Program-made: the position numbers and the translations under genes
The notes under the pieces: generated by a model
The model's database searches: none
The model's input: only the letters and a program-made list of their open reading frames with translations
What the model was told of the DNA's origin: nothing
In this document: positions 28,684 through 36,004 of the stretch, piece after piece
Numbering within the stretch: position 1 is the first letter of the stretch
Layout: each line of letters starts with the position of its first letter
IMG/VR virus record: IMGVR_UViG_3300035492_000416
Coordinates: 1-43,080 of that record
DNA length: 43,080 nt
Direction: 5' to 3' (one strand)
From: a virus
Lineage: Duplodnaviria; Caudoviricetes

Positions 28684-28715
28684 GCAATCAACGGTAACGC
28701 ACCGGCAATCAACGG
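28684..28715. repeat. Direct repeat GCAATCAACGG x2 (21-bp period) upstream of the late promoter
   Basis: Exact copies at 28684-28694 and 28705-28715; degenerate copy GCAGCAACGG at 28656-28665. Confidence 0.75.
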
Positions 28716-28749
28716 ACATATCACACACTGGCTACCGCGCCGCAGGCGC

Positions 28750-29020
28750 CATTCCCTACCAGCCCCACCGACCATTGAGCAGGCAGGACGCAAAAAGCCC
28801 TTTAAAAACAAGGCGCTGTCCTACCTACCTACTTTTTCTATCCTTCCTCCCGTATAGAGAGAAAGTAATTAACGCTGCGCGTAATGCGCGCGCGTGCCTG
28901 TGCATCCGCGCCTTACGTGTGCACGCATTAGAAGGTAGGGAGGTGGGACGAACGCCCATTTGACGCGGCGCGCAGCAGGCCCACCAATCGAAAGGCAGGC
29001 GGGACCAGCAGGGACGCTCC
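28750..29020. other. Putative replication origin
   Basis: Inverted pair GTCCTACCTACCTAC (28818-28832) / GTAGGGAGGTGGGAC (28935-28949) around an AT-rich patch and alternating GC/GT runs; further GGGAC/AGGAC motifs. Confidence 0.5.
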
Positions 29021-29027
29021 CCGGAAG

Positions 29028-29390
29028 TCACGCTACGCGCTCCAGCAGCATACCAGCGATCGCGACATGCGCAGCACCCAAGCGCCGATAGAACTGCGCC
29101 CGACTGCACCCGCAATGCGCCCATTTCTGGTGGTCGAGGCTGTCCCGGGTCAGGTAATGCTCACGCACCACCTGCGCCAGCGGCCACTCCAGATGCTTGT
29201 TCACGATCACCTCGATGTCGGCCGACCACGGCAGCAGCATCCGAGATCCGCCCGGCGAACCGCGGATAAGCTCTCCCTTGCAGTCCATCAGCTGGCCCAG
29301 CATCGAACCTCCACCGCTGCCACCGGCTCCCAGGCCACCGTGCATGTCCAGCGCCCACAGCTTCAGCATCTCATCCATTTCGGCGATCAA
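29028..29390 (-). CDS. PA0613-like late-gene regulator (probable Q-type antiterminator)
   Basis: DEMLKLWA, SADIEVIVNKHL, VVREHY, CGCSRAQFYRRL..AH; TTGA coupling with primase stop; position before late promoter. Confidence 0.75.
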   Translation of the reverse strand: MIAEMDEMLKLWALDMHGGLGAGGSGGGSMLGQLMDCKGELIRGSPGGSRMLLPWSADIEVIVNKHLEWPLAQVVREHYLTRDSLDHQKWAHCGCSRAQFYRRLGAAHVAIAGMLLERVA

Positions 29391-31627
29391 AATGCTTTCC
29401 CCTTGCTGTTCTGCGGCAACAGCGGCGCCTGCTTGTCGGGGCGCCACGCATCCGGCTTCATGTACACATAACCCCGCGTCCCGCTGGGCGTACTGCCACG
29501 CCTGCGGCGGGGCCACTTCAGCCGGTGCATGATCTTGCCGACGCGCATCTGTGCCGGCTTGTCCCAATGGCTCGGGTCAATGTTCAGTGCCTTCTCCAGG
29601 ATATGAGCCCCGGTCACGCTGTCACCGATGTGCCGTTTCAGGTACTCGATGATCGGCTCCTCCCACATGTCGGCCAGGTAGCGTTGGTCCTGCTCAGCCG
29701 CGAACAGCTCGGCCTCGTCGCGCTCCACCCACCACACGTGGCCGGCCTTGTAGCAGGCAACCGCCTCGGCCCATAGCTGATCGCGGTCTGCCCGCAGCCC
29801 TTCGACGTCGACCTTGGTACACATCACCGGCCAGTAGCGCCGGTTGCCCGTGTCATCCTTCAGGTACTCGTCCTGGTTGGTCGTACCGACGAACACACAC
29901 TGACGCGGCACATCCAGCACCCGTCGCCCGTAGCTCTCGCGATAGGTATCAACCGAAGCCGAGAAGAACTGCTTGGCCCGCGTCGACTCGGCCTTATTGA
30001 ACGCATCCAGCTCGCCCAACTCGACGATCCACTTGCCCCGGATCGCTTGGTAGCCATCCTTGTCGCCAAGGTTGAATGGCGTATCCATGAACCACGCGCC
30101 TCCCAGCACTGACATCGAGGTCGATTTACCCGCCCCCTGAATCCCTTCGAGAATCAGCACCGAGTCAGCCTTGCAGCCCGGCTGGAACACCCGCGCAACA
30201 GCTGAGATCGGCCATCGCTTGGCCACCTTCCGGGTGTAGTCGCTATCGACGACACCGAGCCGGTCCTGCAGCCACTGCTCAAGGCGCGGCGTTCCGTCCC
30301 ATTCCAGTTGATTCAGGTACTCGCGGACCGGGTGATACGCGTTGTCATGCGCGACCGAGTTCACCGCCTCCAGCACCATGGCCGACTTCACCCGCAGGCC
30401 GTACACGTCCGCAAGCCATAGCGTCACCTTGATGTCGTCGAGGTCGCTCCAGTCGCCCGGCGCGCCACCATAGGGCGGCGTCCGCATCTTGCGAATCTTC
30501 GAGGCGAACTGGTCATAGGCGATCACTCCCTCCCAGCGCCGGTCGTTACCAAGGATCAGGGCCACGTTGTATGGGTGGCCGATCATCCCGCCCTTCTCCG
30601 AATACTGCAGCTTCTCCTGCCAGCTCTCGACCGTTGATGGGCGGACTACGGCCAGCACCTGGCGGCGCACCGCCTCCAGCCCTTCGGCTGCATGCAGGTC
30701 GTTGAAGTCCGTCCACTTGTCCTCGCGATCCGCATCGAAGATGGGCAGCACAACCTCCCCGCCAACGATCAGCGCCGCGTTCTCGGCCTTGATCTTGCCG
30801 ACATTGACCGGCTTGCCCTGAATCACCGTCTTCCAGTCATCGTCGGCACAGAACACCAGGCGCCGGCCCGGGTAACGCACCCGCAAGCCCTCGGCCACCG
30901 GCAACAGGTTGCCCGCATCGAAACAGCAGGCCACCGTCAGCGACGTAGCCATGTGCAGGCTTGCACCTGTCGCGTAGCCCTCGCACACCAGAATCACGTC
31001 ACCCGGTTCGGGATCGGGTCCGAACAGATGCACCGCTCCCTGCTTCTCCAACCCATAGGGCCAATAGGCCTTGTTCCCACCGAACTTCGGTTGCTCCTCA
31101 GGGAACAGAACCTGCAGCCCAACAATATCCCACGTCTTCACGTTGCGCATTGGCACTAGAGCGGTGCCGCTCTTGCGCTTGTAGCGCAACCCGAACCCGC
31201 CGACGCCCTTGCTCAGCAGGTACTGGCTCGAACCCTTCTCTTCCAGGTGCTTCCACATGCCGGCGGCGCGGCGCGCGGCGGTGCGATGCCTGCGCGCCTC
31301 GGCCTCGGCCGCCTTGCGCTGACCCTCCTCGGCGCGGGCCTTCATAACCGCCCGATCTTCCGCAGAAAGCTTGCCGCCCTTGGGCTTGATCTTGTGCCAG
31401 CTGCCCTTCTCACCGGAGCGCCAGTCCCCAAACGCGCCGCAGTAGAAGGTGTTGCCGTTACTGGTCAGGTGCTCATAGATCACGTACCAGCCAGTTTTCT
31501 CCGGGGCCTTGTCGCCCTCCACCTCGCAGCGGGTGCGCTGGCCGATCACCAGCGGCGTCACCGGCTTCAGGTCGCCGGCCTGCAGCTGGGCCAGCACATC
31601 GTCCAACAGTTCGTGACGATCAGCCAT
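29387..31627 (-). CDS. Primase-helicase (Toprim + VapE-like ATPase)
   Basis: CEGYATG, ADDD, TDFNDL, Walker A GIQGAGKST, GTTN..YLKDDTGNRRYWP; TGATG-coupled start at 31627. Confidence 0.93.
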   Translation of the reverse strand: MADRHELLDDVLAQLQAGDLKPVTPLVIGQRTRCEVEGDKAPEKTGWYVIYEHLTSNGNTFYCGAFGDWRSGEKGSWHKIKPKGGKLSAEDRAVMKARAEEGQRKAAEAEARRHRTAARRAAGMWKHLEEKGSSQYLLSKGVGGFGLRYKRKSGTALVPMRNVKTWDIVGLQVLFPEEQPKFGGNKAYWPYGLEKQGAVHLFGPDPEPGDVILVCEGYATGASLHMATSLTVACCFDAGNLLPVAEGLRVRYPGRRLVFCADDDWKTVIQGKPVNVGKIKAENAALIVGGEVVLPIFDADREDKWTDFNDLHAAEGLEAVRRQVLAVVRPSTVESWQEKLQYSEKGGMIGHPYNVALILGNDRRWEGVIAYDQFASKIRKMRTPPYGGAPGDWSDLDDIKVTLWLADVYGLRVKSAMVLEAVNSVAHDNAYHPVREYLNQLEWDGTPRLEQWLQDRLGVVDSDYTRKVAKRWPISAVARVFQPGCKADSVLILEGIQGAGKSTSMSVLGGAWFMDTPFNLGDKDGYQAIRGKWIVELGELDAFNKAESTRAKQFFSASVDTYRESYGRRVLDVPRQCVFVGTTNQDEYLKDDTGNRRYWPVMCTKVDVEGLRADRDQLWAEAVACYKAGHVWWVERDEAELFAAEQDQRYLADMWEEPIIEYLKRHIGDSVTGAHILEKALNIDPSHWDKPAQMRVGKIMHRLKWPRRRRGSTPSGTRGYVYMKPDAWRPDKQAPLLPQNSKGKAF

Positions 31628-31836
31628 CAGCCAGCCCTCCGCTCGTAGCGCGCTTGGCACGGCACGCACATCGTGCAGCCCCGGCCCTTCATCGCTTGCA
31701 AGCGCTCGGCAGGTATCGGCTCACCGCAACTTTCGCAGTCAGCAGTCACCCGCAGCGAGGCAGGCTTGCGCGCAGCCAGCGTCTGCTCCACCCGTTCCAG
31801 CACCAGGTCATTGGCGCGATCAGCAATGTCAGCCAT
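31627..31836 (-). CDS. TraR/DksA C4 zinc-finger protein (PtrB-like)
   Basis: MADIADRA, CESCGEPIPAERL..CTMCVPCQ. Confidence 0.9.
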   Translation of the reverse strand: MADIADRANDLVLERVEQTLAARKPASLRVTADCESCGEPIPAERLQAMKGRGCTMCVPCQARYERRAG

Positions 31837-32341
31837 AAACCACCCCCGCGCGATTTGCTTTGCGCACTGCCGCGCCCAGTCGGAACACCGCATGCACCAG
31901 GCGCTCGGCCAGCAGCTCGAACTCATCCAGCTCGTCGGCGGTAATCTCGCCATCATTCAAGCTCTTGCTCAGGTGCAGGGTCAGGCCGCTTTCGCGGGCC
32001 AGCATGTCGCCGATACCAGCCAATAGCGCGGCAGGCGTGTCCGTCTCGCGCAGGTCGGAAACGTCCACGCCCACCCAACCGATCGGGTGCAGAATCGCCT
32101 CAACGATGCGAGGGTCCCGTGTCAGATCCAGAATCAACTCCAGGTCGCGGATGTTCGGCGTGTGAGTGGTATTGGTCAGAGAGAGCTTGTGGTTCAGCGT
32201 GGTGGGATTGGTATCGCCGTCTACGGCAGCGATGGCGGTGGCTCCGCCTGGATAGTCGCGTACAGCGTGGTGGAGCGCTTGTGGCAATGTCAGCAGCGCC
32301 CGGCGGGCGCGCTCAGCGGAACAGAACCGGCTTCGGCTCAT
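31829..32341 (-). CDS. Phage regulatory protein, CII family
   Basis: YPGGATAIA..TTLNHKLS HTH and C-terminal DGEITADE motif; position after cro. Confidence 0.8.
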   Translation of the reverse strand: MSRSRFCSAERARRALLTLPQALHHAVRDYPGGATAIAAVDGDTNPTTLNHKLSLTNTTHTPNIRDLELILDLTRDPRIVEAILHPIGWVGVDVSDLRETDTPAALLAGIGDMLARESGLTLHLSKSLNDGEITADELDEFELLAERLVHAVFRLGAAVRKANRAGVVYG

Positions 32342-32365
32342 GGCAGTTTCCCCAAAAGTCTGCCA

Positions 32366-32394
32366 GTGACCGCGTGCGCGCCTGTTGCTACAGT
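32366..32394 (+). promoter_or_regulatory. Predicted sigma70 promoter antisense to the cro-cII transcript
   Basis: GTGACC-17 bp-TACAGT with extended -10 TG; predicted start ~32401. Confidence 0.55.
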
Positions 32395-32400
32395 TGCGCC

Positions 32401-32676
32401 GTGGTCACTTGCTGGTGGTCACTTGCAAGCGGTACGTCTGTGGTGGATTAGCCGCTTGCAACCCTGTGGCGAGGCCCATGCTCCGCATGAGCCCCGCCGC
32501 TACAGCCCGCCCTATCTGTGGTGGAGACGGCGGGCAACCCAGGGCATCCGTGCTCTGGTAGGTGCGGTAGATCGTTTGGTGTGCTGGCGTACTCCGACGA
32601 TCTACCGCATCACCCGACAGCACTGTGGTGGTGTGTCGGGAAAACCGGGCGGCTGGTAAGGCCGTTCGGCTTTTTA
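32401..32676 (+). ncRNA. Candidate structured multi-hairpin small RNA
   Basis: Eight consecutive hairpins, three with CTGTGGTGG loops; ends in a stem plus T-run; several stems need G-U pairs available only on the + strand. Confidence 0.6.
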
Positions 32677-32685
32677 TGGACTGGA

Positions 32686-33027
32686 TCAGGCCGCTTTGGA
32701 CCTACGTTCGCCCTCACGGCGATCGCCGTTGCGCCGCTCAGCAACACGACGGTCACCCTCGCGACGCTCAACATCGGGAAACTCGGCAGGCGCCGGAAAT
32801 AGCTCGGGCAGATCGGGGCGCAACTCATGGCGCCCAACCCCGGATAGTTTTTCGAGCGGGATCACCAGTTCAATCGGGCAAGCCCCTTTGACGCGGAGGT
32901 GATGCCAAAGGCGCTGCTGGGAAAAACGCAGGCCCATGGCCTTCAGCTTTCGGGACACCTCGGACTGTCCGCCAATCTTCGAAACGGCCTCTTCAAACGC
33001 CGCTCGCATAGACTCTGAATCATTCAT
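32686..33027 (-). CDS. Cro-like (YdaS-type) HTH regulator with C-terminal [D/E]RRxx repeats
   Basis: GGQSEVSR HTH, GVGRHELRPD motif, divergent from repressor; AAGGA SD. Confidence 0.88.
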   Translation of the reverse strand: MNDSESMRAAFEEAVSKIGGQSEVSRKLKAMGLRFSQQRLWHHLRVKGACPIELVIPLEKLSGVGRHELRPDLPELFPAPAEFPDVERREGDRRVAERRNGDRREGERRSKAA

Positions 33028-33056
33028 GGAAGAATCCTTTTATGTTGCCGCGACCA

Positions 33057-33127
33057 AATCTACAAACAAATCTGTCAACAAGCAACAGGCATTTTTGTTT
33101 CCCAAGCTACAAGCATGTTTGTAGCCT
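33057..33127. promoter_or_regulatory. OR-like region: three operators plus divergent pR/pRM-like promoters
   Basis: CTACAA-N6-CTGTCA (33060-33077), CAACAG-N6-TTGTTT (33083-33100), CTACAA-N6-TTGTAG (33107-33124); minus-strand TTGCTT-17-TAGATT; plus-strand TTCCCA-17-TAGCCT. Confidence 0.75.
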
Positions 33128-33134
33128 TCCTTCC

Positions 33135-33848
33135 ATGACTACTCCATCGCAACGCATGCAAGTGATCGCCGACCTGTTCAAGCGGCGCCGAACGGAACTG
33201 AACATGTCTCAAGAGGACGTGGCGGCGGCCGTCCGCGCGCTGCTAGGTGGCGAGGTGTTTAAGCAGCAATCCTATGCGGCAATTGAAAGCGGCAAGACCA
33301 AACACTCGAAGTACCTGGCACAGATTGCCCGCGTGCTTGGTATTCCCCCTCAAGCGGTCGATCCGTCAGCCCCACCACCAAGCCTGACAGCCAGCACTAC
33401 GATCGCTTATGGCGGTAATGCTCAGGTCATTGGCGAAACAACACGGAAGCTACCGGTTATAGGGTCTGTAGCAGCAGGCACCTGGTGCGAAGCTATTGAC
33501 ACCTTTCAGCCTGGCGATGCGGACGAATGGATCGACGCACCTGGGCCGGTGGGCCCGCACGCCTACGTGCTGAAGATCGACGGTGTCAGCATGTTCGACC
33601 CGGCCGGCCCCGTCAGTTTTGCGGACGGCGACAAAGTCGTCATAGACCCCGACAAGGAAGCGCAATCAGGCGATTTCGTGGTGGCCAAGCTCACGTCATC
33701 CAATCGCGTCACCTTCAAGCGTTTACGCAAAGAAGACGGAGAGTGGTACCTCGAAGCACTCAACCCCTCTTGGACTCCGAAGTACATACGCATCGACGAG
33801 GAGTGGCACATCTGCGGGCGGGGCATGTGGAAGGTGCAGCAACTTTAA
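33135..33848 (+). CDS. CI/PrtR-type repressor (HTH + S24 autoprotease), probably leaderless
   Basis: MSQEDVA HTH, VAAG cleavage site, GVSM and TFKRL catalytic motifs; no SD before ATG 33135. Confidence 0.93.
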   Translation: MTTPSQRMQVIADLFKRRRTELNMSQEDVAAAVRALLGGEVFKQQSYAAIESGKTKHSKYLAQIARVLGIPPQAVDPSAPPPSLTASTTIAYGGNAQVIGETTRKLPVIGSVAAGTWCEAIDTFQPGDADEWIDAPGPVGPHAYVLKIDGVSMFDPAGPVSFADGDKVVIDPDKEAQSGDFVVAKLTSSNRVTFKRLRKEDGEWYLEALNPSWTPKYIRIDEEWHICGRGMWKVQQL

Positions 33849-33866
33849 CAAGCAATAACACAACGA

Positions 33867-33911
33867 TTACAAAATTACCTGTTGACCATCCTACAATCTA
33901 AATTGTAGCTT
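33867..33911 (+). promoter_or_regulatory. OL/pL-like region: two operators over the early promoter
   Basis: TTACAA-N6-CTGTTG (33867-33884), CTACAA-N6-TTGTAG (33891-33908); TTGACC-18-TAGCTT. Confidence 0.75.
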
Positions 33912-33945
33912 TACCTCGTCTCCACCACAGACGAGGTATCGCCTC

Positions 33946-34122
33946 ATGGCAACCGCCACCCTGCACGTCCATCCAGCGTGCGCTTCCAATCGCAGCCTAA
34001 TTGAGCGCCTGCAAGCCGCAACAGGCATGCTGGTCGTGATCAGCAACGGTAAGCCCAAGCTCAAGGCCGGCGCGAACGTGCCCACCACCCCAATCAATCC
34101 ATGGGGAGGTGACGCCGCATGA
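33946..34122 (+). CDS. First gene of early operon, 58 aa hypothetical (absent from ORF track)
   Basis: GAGG SD, MATATLHVHPACASNRSLIERLQAATGMLVVISNGKPKL...GGDAA*, ATGA overlap with next gene. Confidence 0.8.
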   Translation: MATATLHVHPACASNRSLIERLQAATGMLVVISNGKPKLKAGANVPTTPINPWGGDAA

Positions 34123-34676
34123 ACCGCCTCCAACTTAACGCTACCGCGTTCATCCGCCTGCAGGCGCAGGTACGGCTCAATGGCACCTTTCAGCATCGCC
34201 TGATGGCCGAGAACCCGCGCCGCAGCGTGCTGACCAGCGTAGCCATCGAGCAGTGCGGCAAAGCCCTGCGAGTTGAAGTCACCCATAACGGCACGCGTAA
34301 CACCGTGACGCTCGACCGCCAGCGCCAGGACAACCCTGCCCGCCTGGCCCGCTTCCTTGAAGAAACGGTGAACGGGGATGAGCCAAGCAGCGTGTCCGAA
34401 ACAGGCGAAACGCTGCTGGTCGACAACATCGAAATCGTGCTGCGCCAGGCGCTTCGTGCCGGTCGGGGCGCCTTCCTGTTCGATGTGGATGAACTGCAGC
34501 CCGAGCTGGTGATTAGCCGGAACCCTCACGGCAGTTACATCGCGCAAATTCGCCTCGATGACGCCACCAGCATGATCGTGCTGCCGGCCGATCGTCAGCG
34601 CGCGTATACCCAGCTGTCCGACCACCTGGCGATGTTCCTGCACGGCTACCGCGACGCCCTCGCGGCCGCAGCTTGA
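34119..34676 (+). CDS. Hypothetical early protein
   Basis: GGAGG SD, coupled start, GC3-rich codons. Confidence 0.8.
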   Translation: MNRLQLNATAFIRLQAQVRLNGTFQHRLMAENPRRSVLTSVAIEQCGKALRVEVTHNGTRNTVTLDRQRQDNPARLARFLEETVNGDEPSSVSETGETLLVDNIEIVLRQALRAGRGAFLFDVDELQPELVISRNPHGSYIAQIRLDDATSMIVLPADRQRAYTQLSDHLAMFLHGYRDALAAAA

Positions 34677-34688
34677 GGAGGCGCACCT

Positions 34689-34979
34689 ATGAGCATGTCT
34701 CTCAAGTTCGCCGCCTCCCGGCTCGGGCTCGGGCACCGCACCCTGATGCAGCGCATGCGTGCCAAGGGCCTGCTGACCGAACATAACCTGCCGGCTCACC
34801 CTGATCGGGACAAGGCGTTTCTGGTCACGCGCGAAAACCGCTACCACCACCCGGACCACGGCCTGCAGTACCCGCGCACCACACGGGTGACACAGCAAGG
34901 TATCCCCTGGCTGGCCCAGCAGCTCGGCATCGAGCGCCCGCTACCGGAACCACAACAAGACCCGCGCGATGTCGCTTGA
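34689..34979 (+). CDS. Antirepressor KilA-C/ANT-domain protein
   Basis: AASRLGLG..LMQRMR.KGLL, TTRVTQQGIPWLAQQL; GAGGAGG SD. Confidence 0.8.
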   Translation: MSMSLKFAASRLGLGHRTLMQRMRAKGLLTEHNLPAHPDRDKAFLVTRENRYHHPDHGLQYPRTTRVTQQGIPWLAQQLGIERPLPEPQQDPRDVA

Positions 34980-35184
34980 ACCGTTCGCTATCTCGGGCGG
35001 CTCCGCTATGTGCGCCCGCTGGCCGCGCGAGTACGCCCGCCTAATCCTCGCGATGACAACCATCGAGGAGCGGCGGGCGGCATTGGCGGCTGTGCCGACG
35101 CACTTGCGCGAGCTGACCAGAACGCACGTAGAGATCGCCTGGAACCATCCAAAGGGGAACAACGATGGACAGCAAACTGATTGA
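34969..35184 (+). CDS. Hypothetical early protein
   Basis: Overlapping operon arrangement; WPREYAR..ERRAALAAVP. Confidence 0.65.
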   Translation: MSLEPFAISGGSAMCARWPREYARLILAMTTIEERRAALAAVPTHLRELTRTHVEIAWNHPKGNNDGQQTD

Positions 35185-35632
35185 CTCGCTGCTGATCGAG
35201 CTGCTGCAGCTACCCGAACAGCGCCGCACGCCGGAGAAGATCCTGGCCAACCTCACACTGGCGGCAACCGCTGCCGGCGTATCACTGACCACCAGCGCCG
35301 CGCCCCTGCAGATCGAGCACCTACAGCTGGCTGCAGCATTGGAGCGACTGGCCGAGCAGCTGGGCAGCCAGTACCGCGCTCGCGCCATGCTGCGCCTGGG
35401 CGGAGGGATTGATGGCGTCGAGCTGGGCGCAGTGGTCGAGCCACACGACAGCAGCTCGCCCCTACCCCGCTTCGTCGCATTCGGCGCCACGGCCCGCGCG
35501 GCACTGGCCGGCATCAACCGCGACATCCGCGCGAGCGCGGCGCCCAAGGCAGCGATGCCGAAGGCGCGACGGTCGGGGCGGCTTGGCCTGCACAAGCTGC
35601 AAGCCCAGCTCGATAGGGCTGCAACCGTATGA
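35165..35632 (+). CDS. Hypothetical early protein
   Basis: AAGGGG SD; ATGA coupling with next gene. Confidence 0.75.
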   Translation: MDSKLIDSLLIELLQLPEQRRTPEKILANLTLAATAAGVSLTTSAAPLQIEHLQLAAALERLAEQLGSQYRARAMLRLGGGIDGVELGAVVEPHDSSSPLPRFVAFGATARAALAGINRDIRASAAPKAAMPKARRSGRLGLHKLQAQLDRAATV

Positions 35633-35958
35633 GCCAGGCACAGCAAGAGCTGCGCCTGCGTCCGGCGCCACGCCCCGGCACCGTCGAGCTGCTGTATCGC
35701 ACCCTTGGCGACGTGCTCGTGCCCGTCGACCAGGTACGGGCCCGGTACTTCCGCAACCTCAACGAAGACAACTTCGCCCGAGCCCTCCACGCCGGCCGCG
35801 TTCCGCTGCCGGTCACCACCATCGACAGCAGCGCCAAGGCAATGCGGTTCATCGACATCCGCCATTTGGCCGTGCTGATCGACTCGGCCTCTGACGCCGC
35901 AGACGCGGCGCTGGACGAAGCGATAAATCCGGTAGTTCAACAAAAAGCTAGCAACTGA
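35629..35958 (+). CDS. Pyocin activator PrtN-family protein
   Basis: TVELLYRTLGDVLVP..VRARYFRNLN..GRVPLPVTTIDSS.KA, closely resembling PrtN. Confidence 0.85.
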   Translation: MSQAQQELRLRPAPRPGTVELLYRTLGDVLVPVDQVRARYFRNLNEDNFARALHAGRVPLPVTTIDSSAKAMRFIDIRHLAVLIDSASDAADAALDEAINPVVQQKASN

Positions 35959-36004
35959 CCACACCGCTGCCACCACCAGCGAACACCACCACCAGGAGTA
36001 CGCC

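Noticed and set aside
29391-29567. Upstream extensions given by the ORF track (PA0613-like, capsid, terS, primase, TraR, umuC, int, repressor)
   Set aside because: Downstream starts have SD sequences or stop-start overlaps and match family N-termini
32411-32418. E. coli Chi sequence GCTGGTGG
   Set aside because: Single occurrence inside the hairpin motif family; no reason to assume E. coli Chi function in this host
32405-32623. 72-aa minus-strand ORF in the cII-cro gap
   Set aside because: No SD, non-protein-like composition; region is better explained by RNA structure
32423-32640. RsmA/CsrA-sponge RNA (GGA loops)
   Set aside because: Only two of the three motif loops contain GGA; the shared element is CTGTGGTGG, which has exact complements in the phage. 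Not fully excluded
32401-32676. Hairpin array as a CRISPR array or tRNA
   Set aside because: No identical repeats with unique spacers of regular length, no cas genes, no cloverleaf or T-loop consensus
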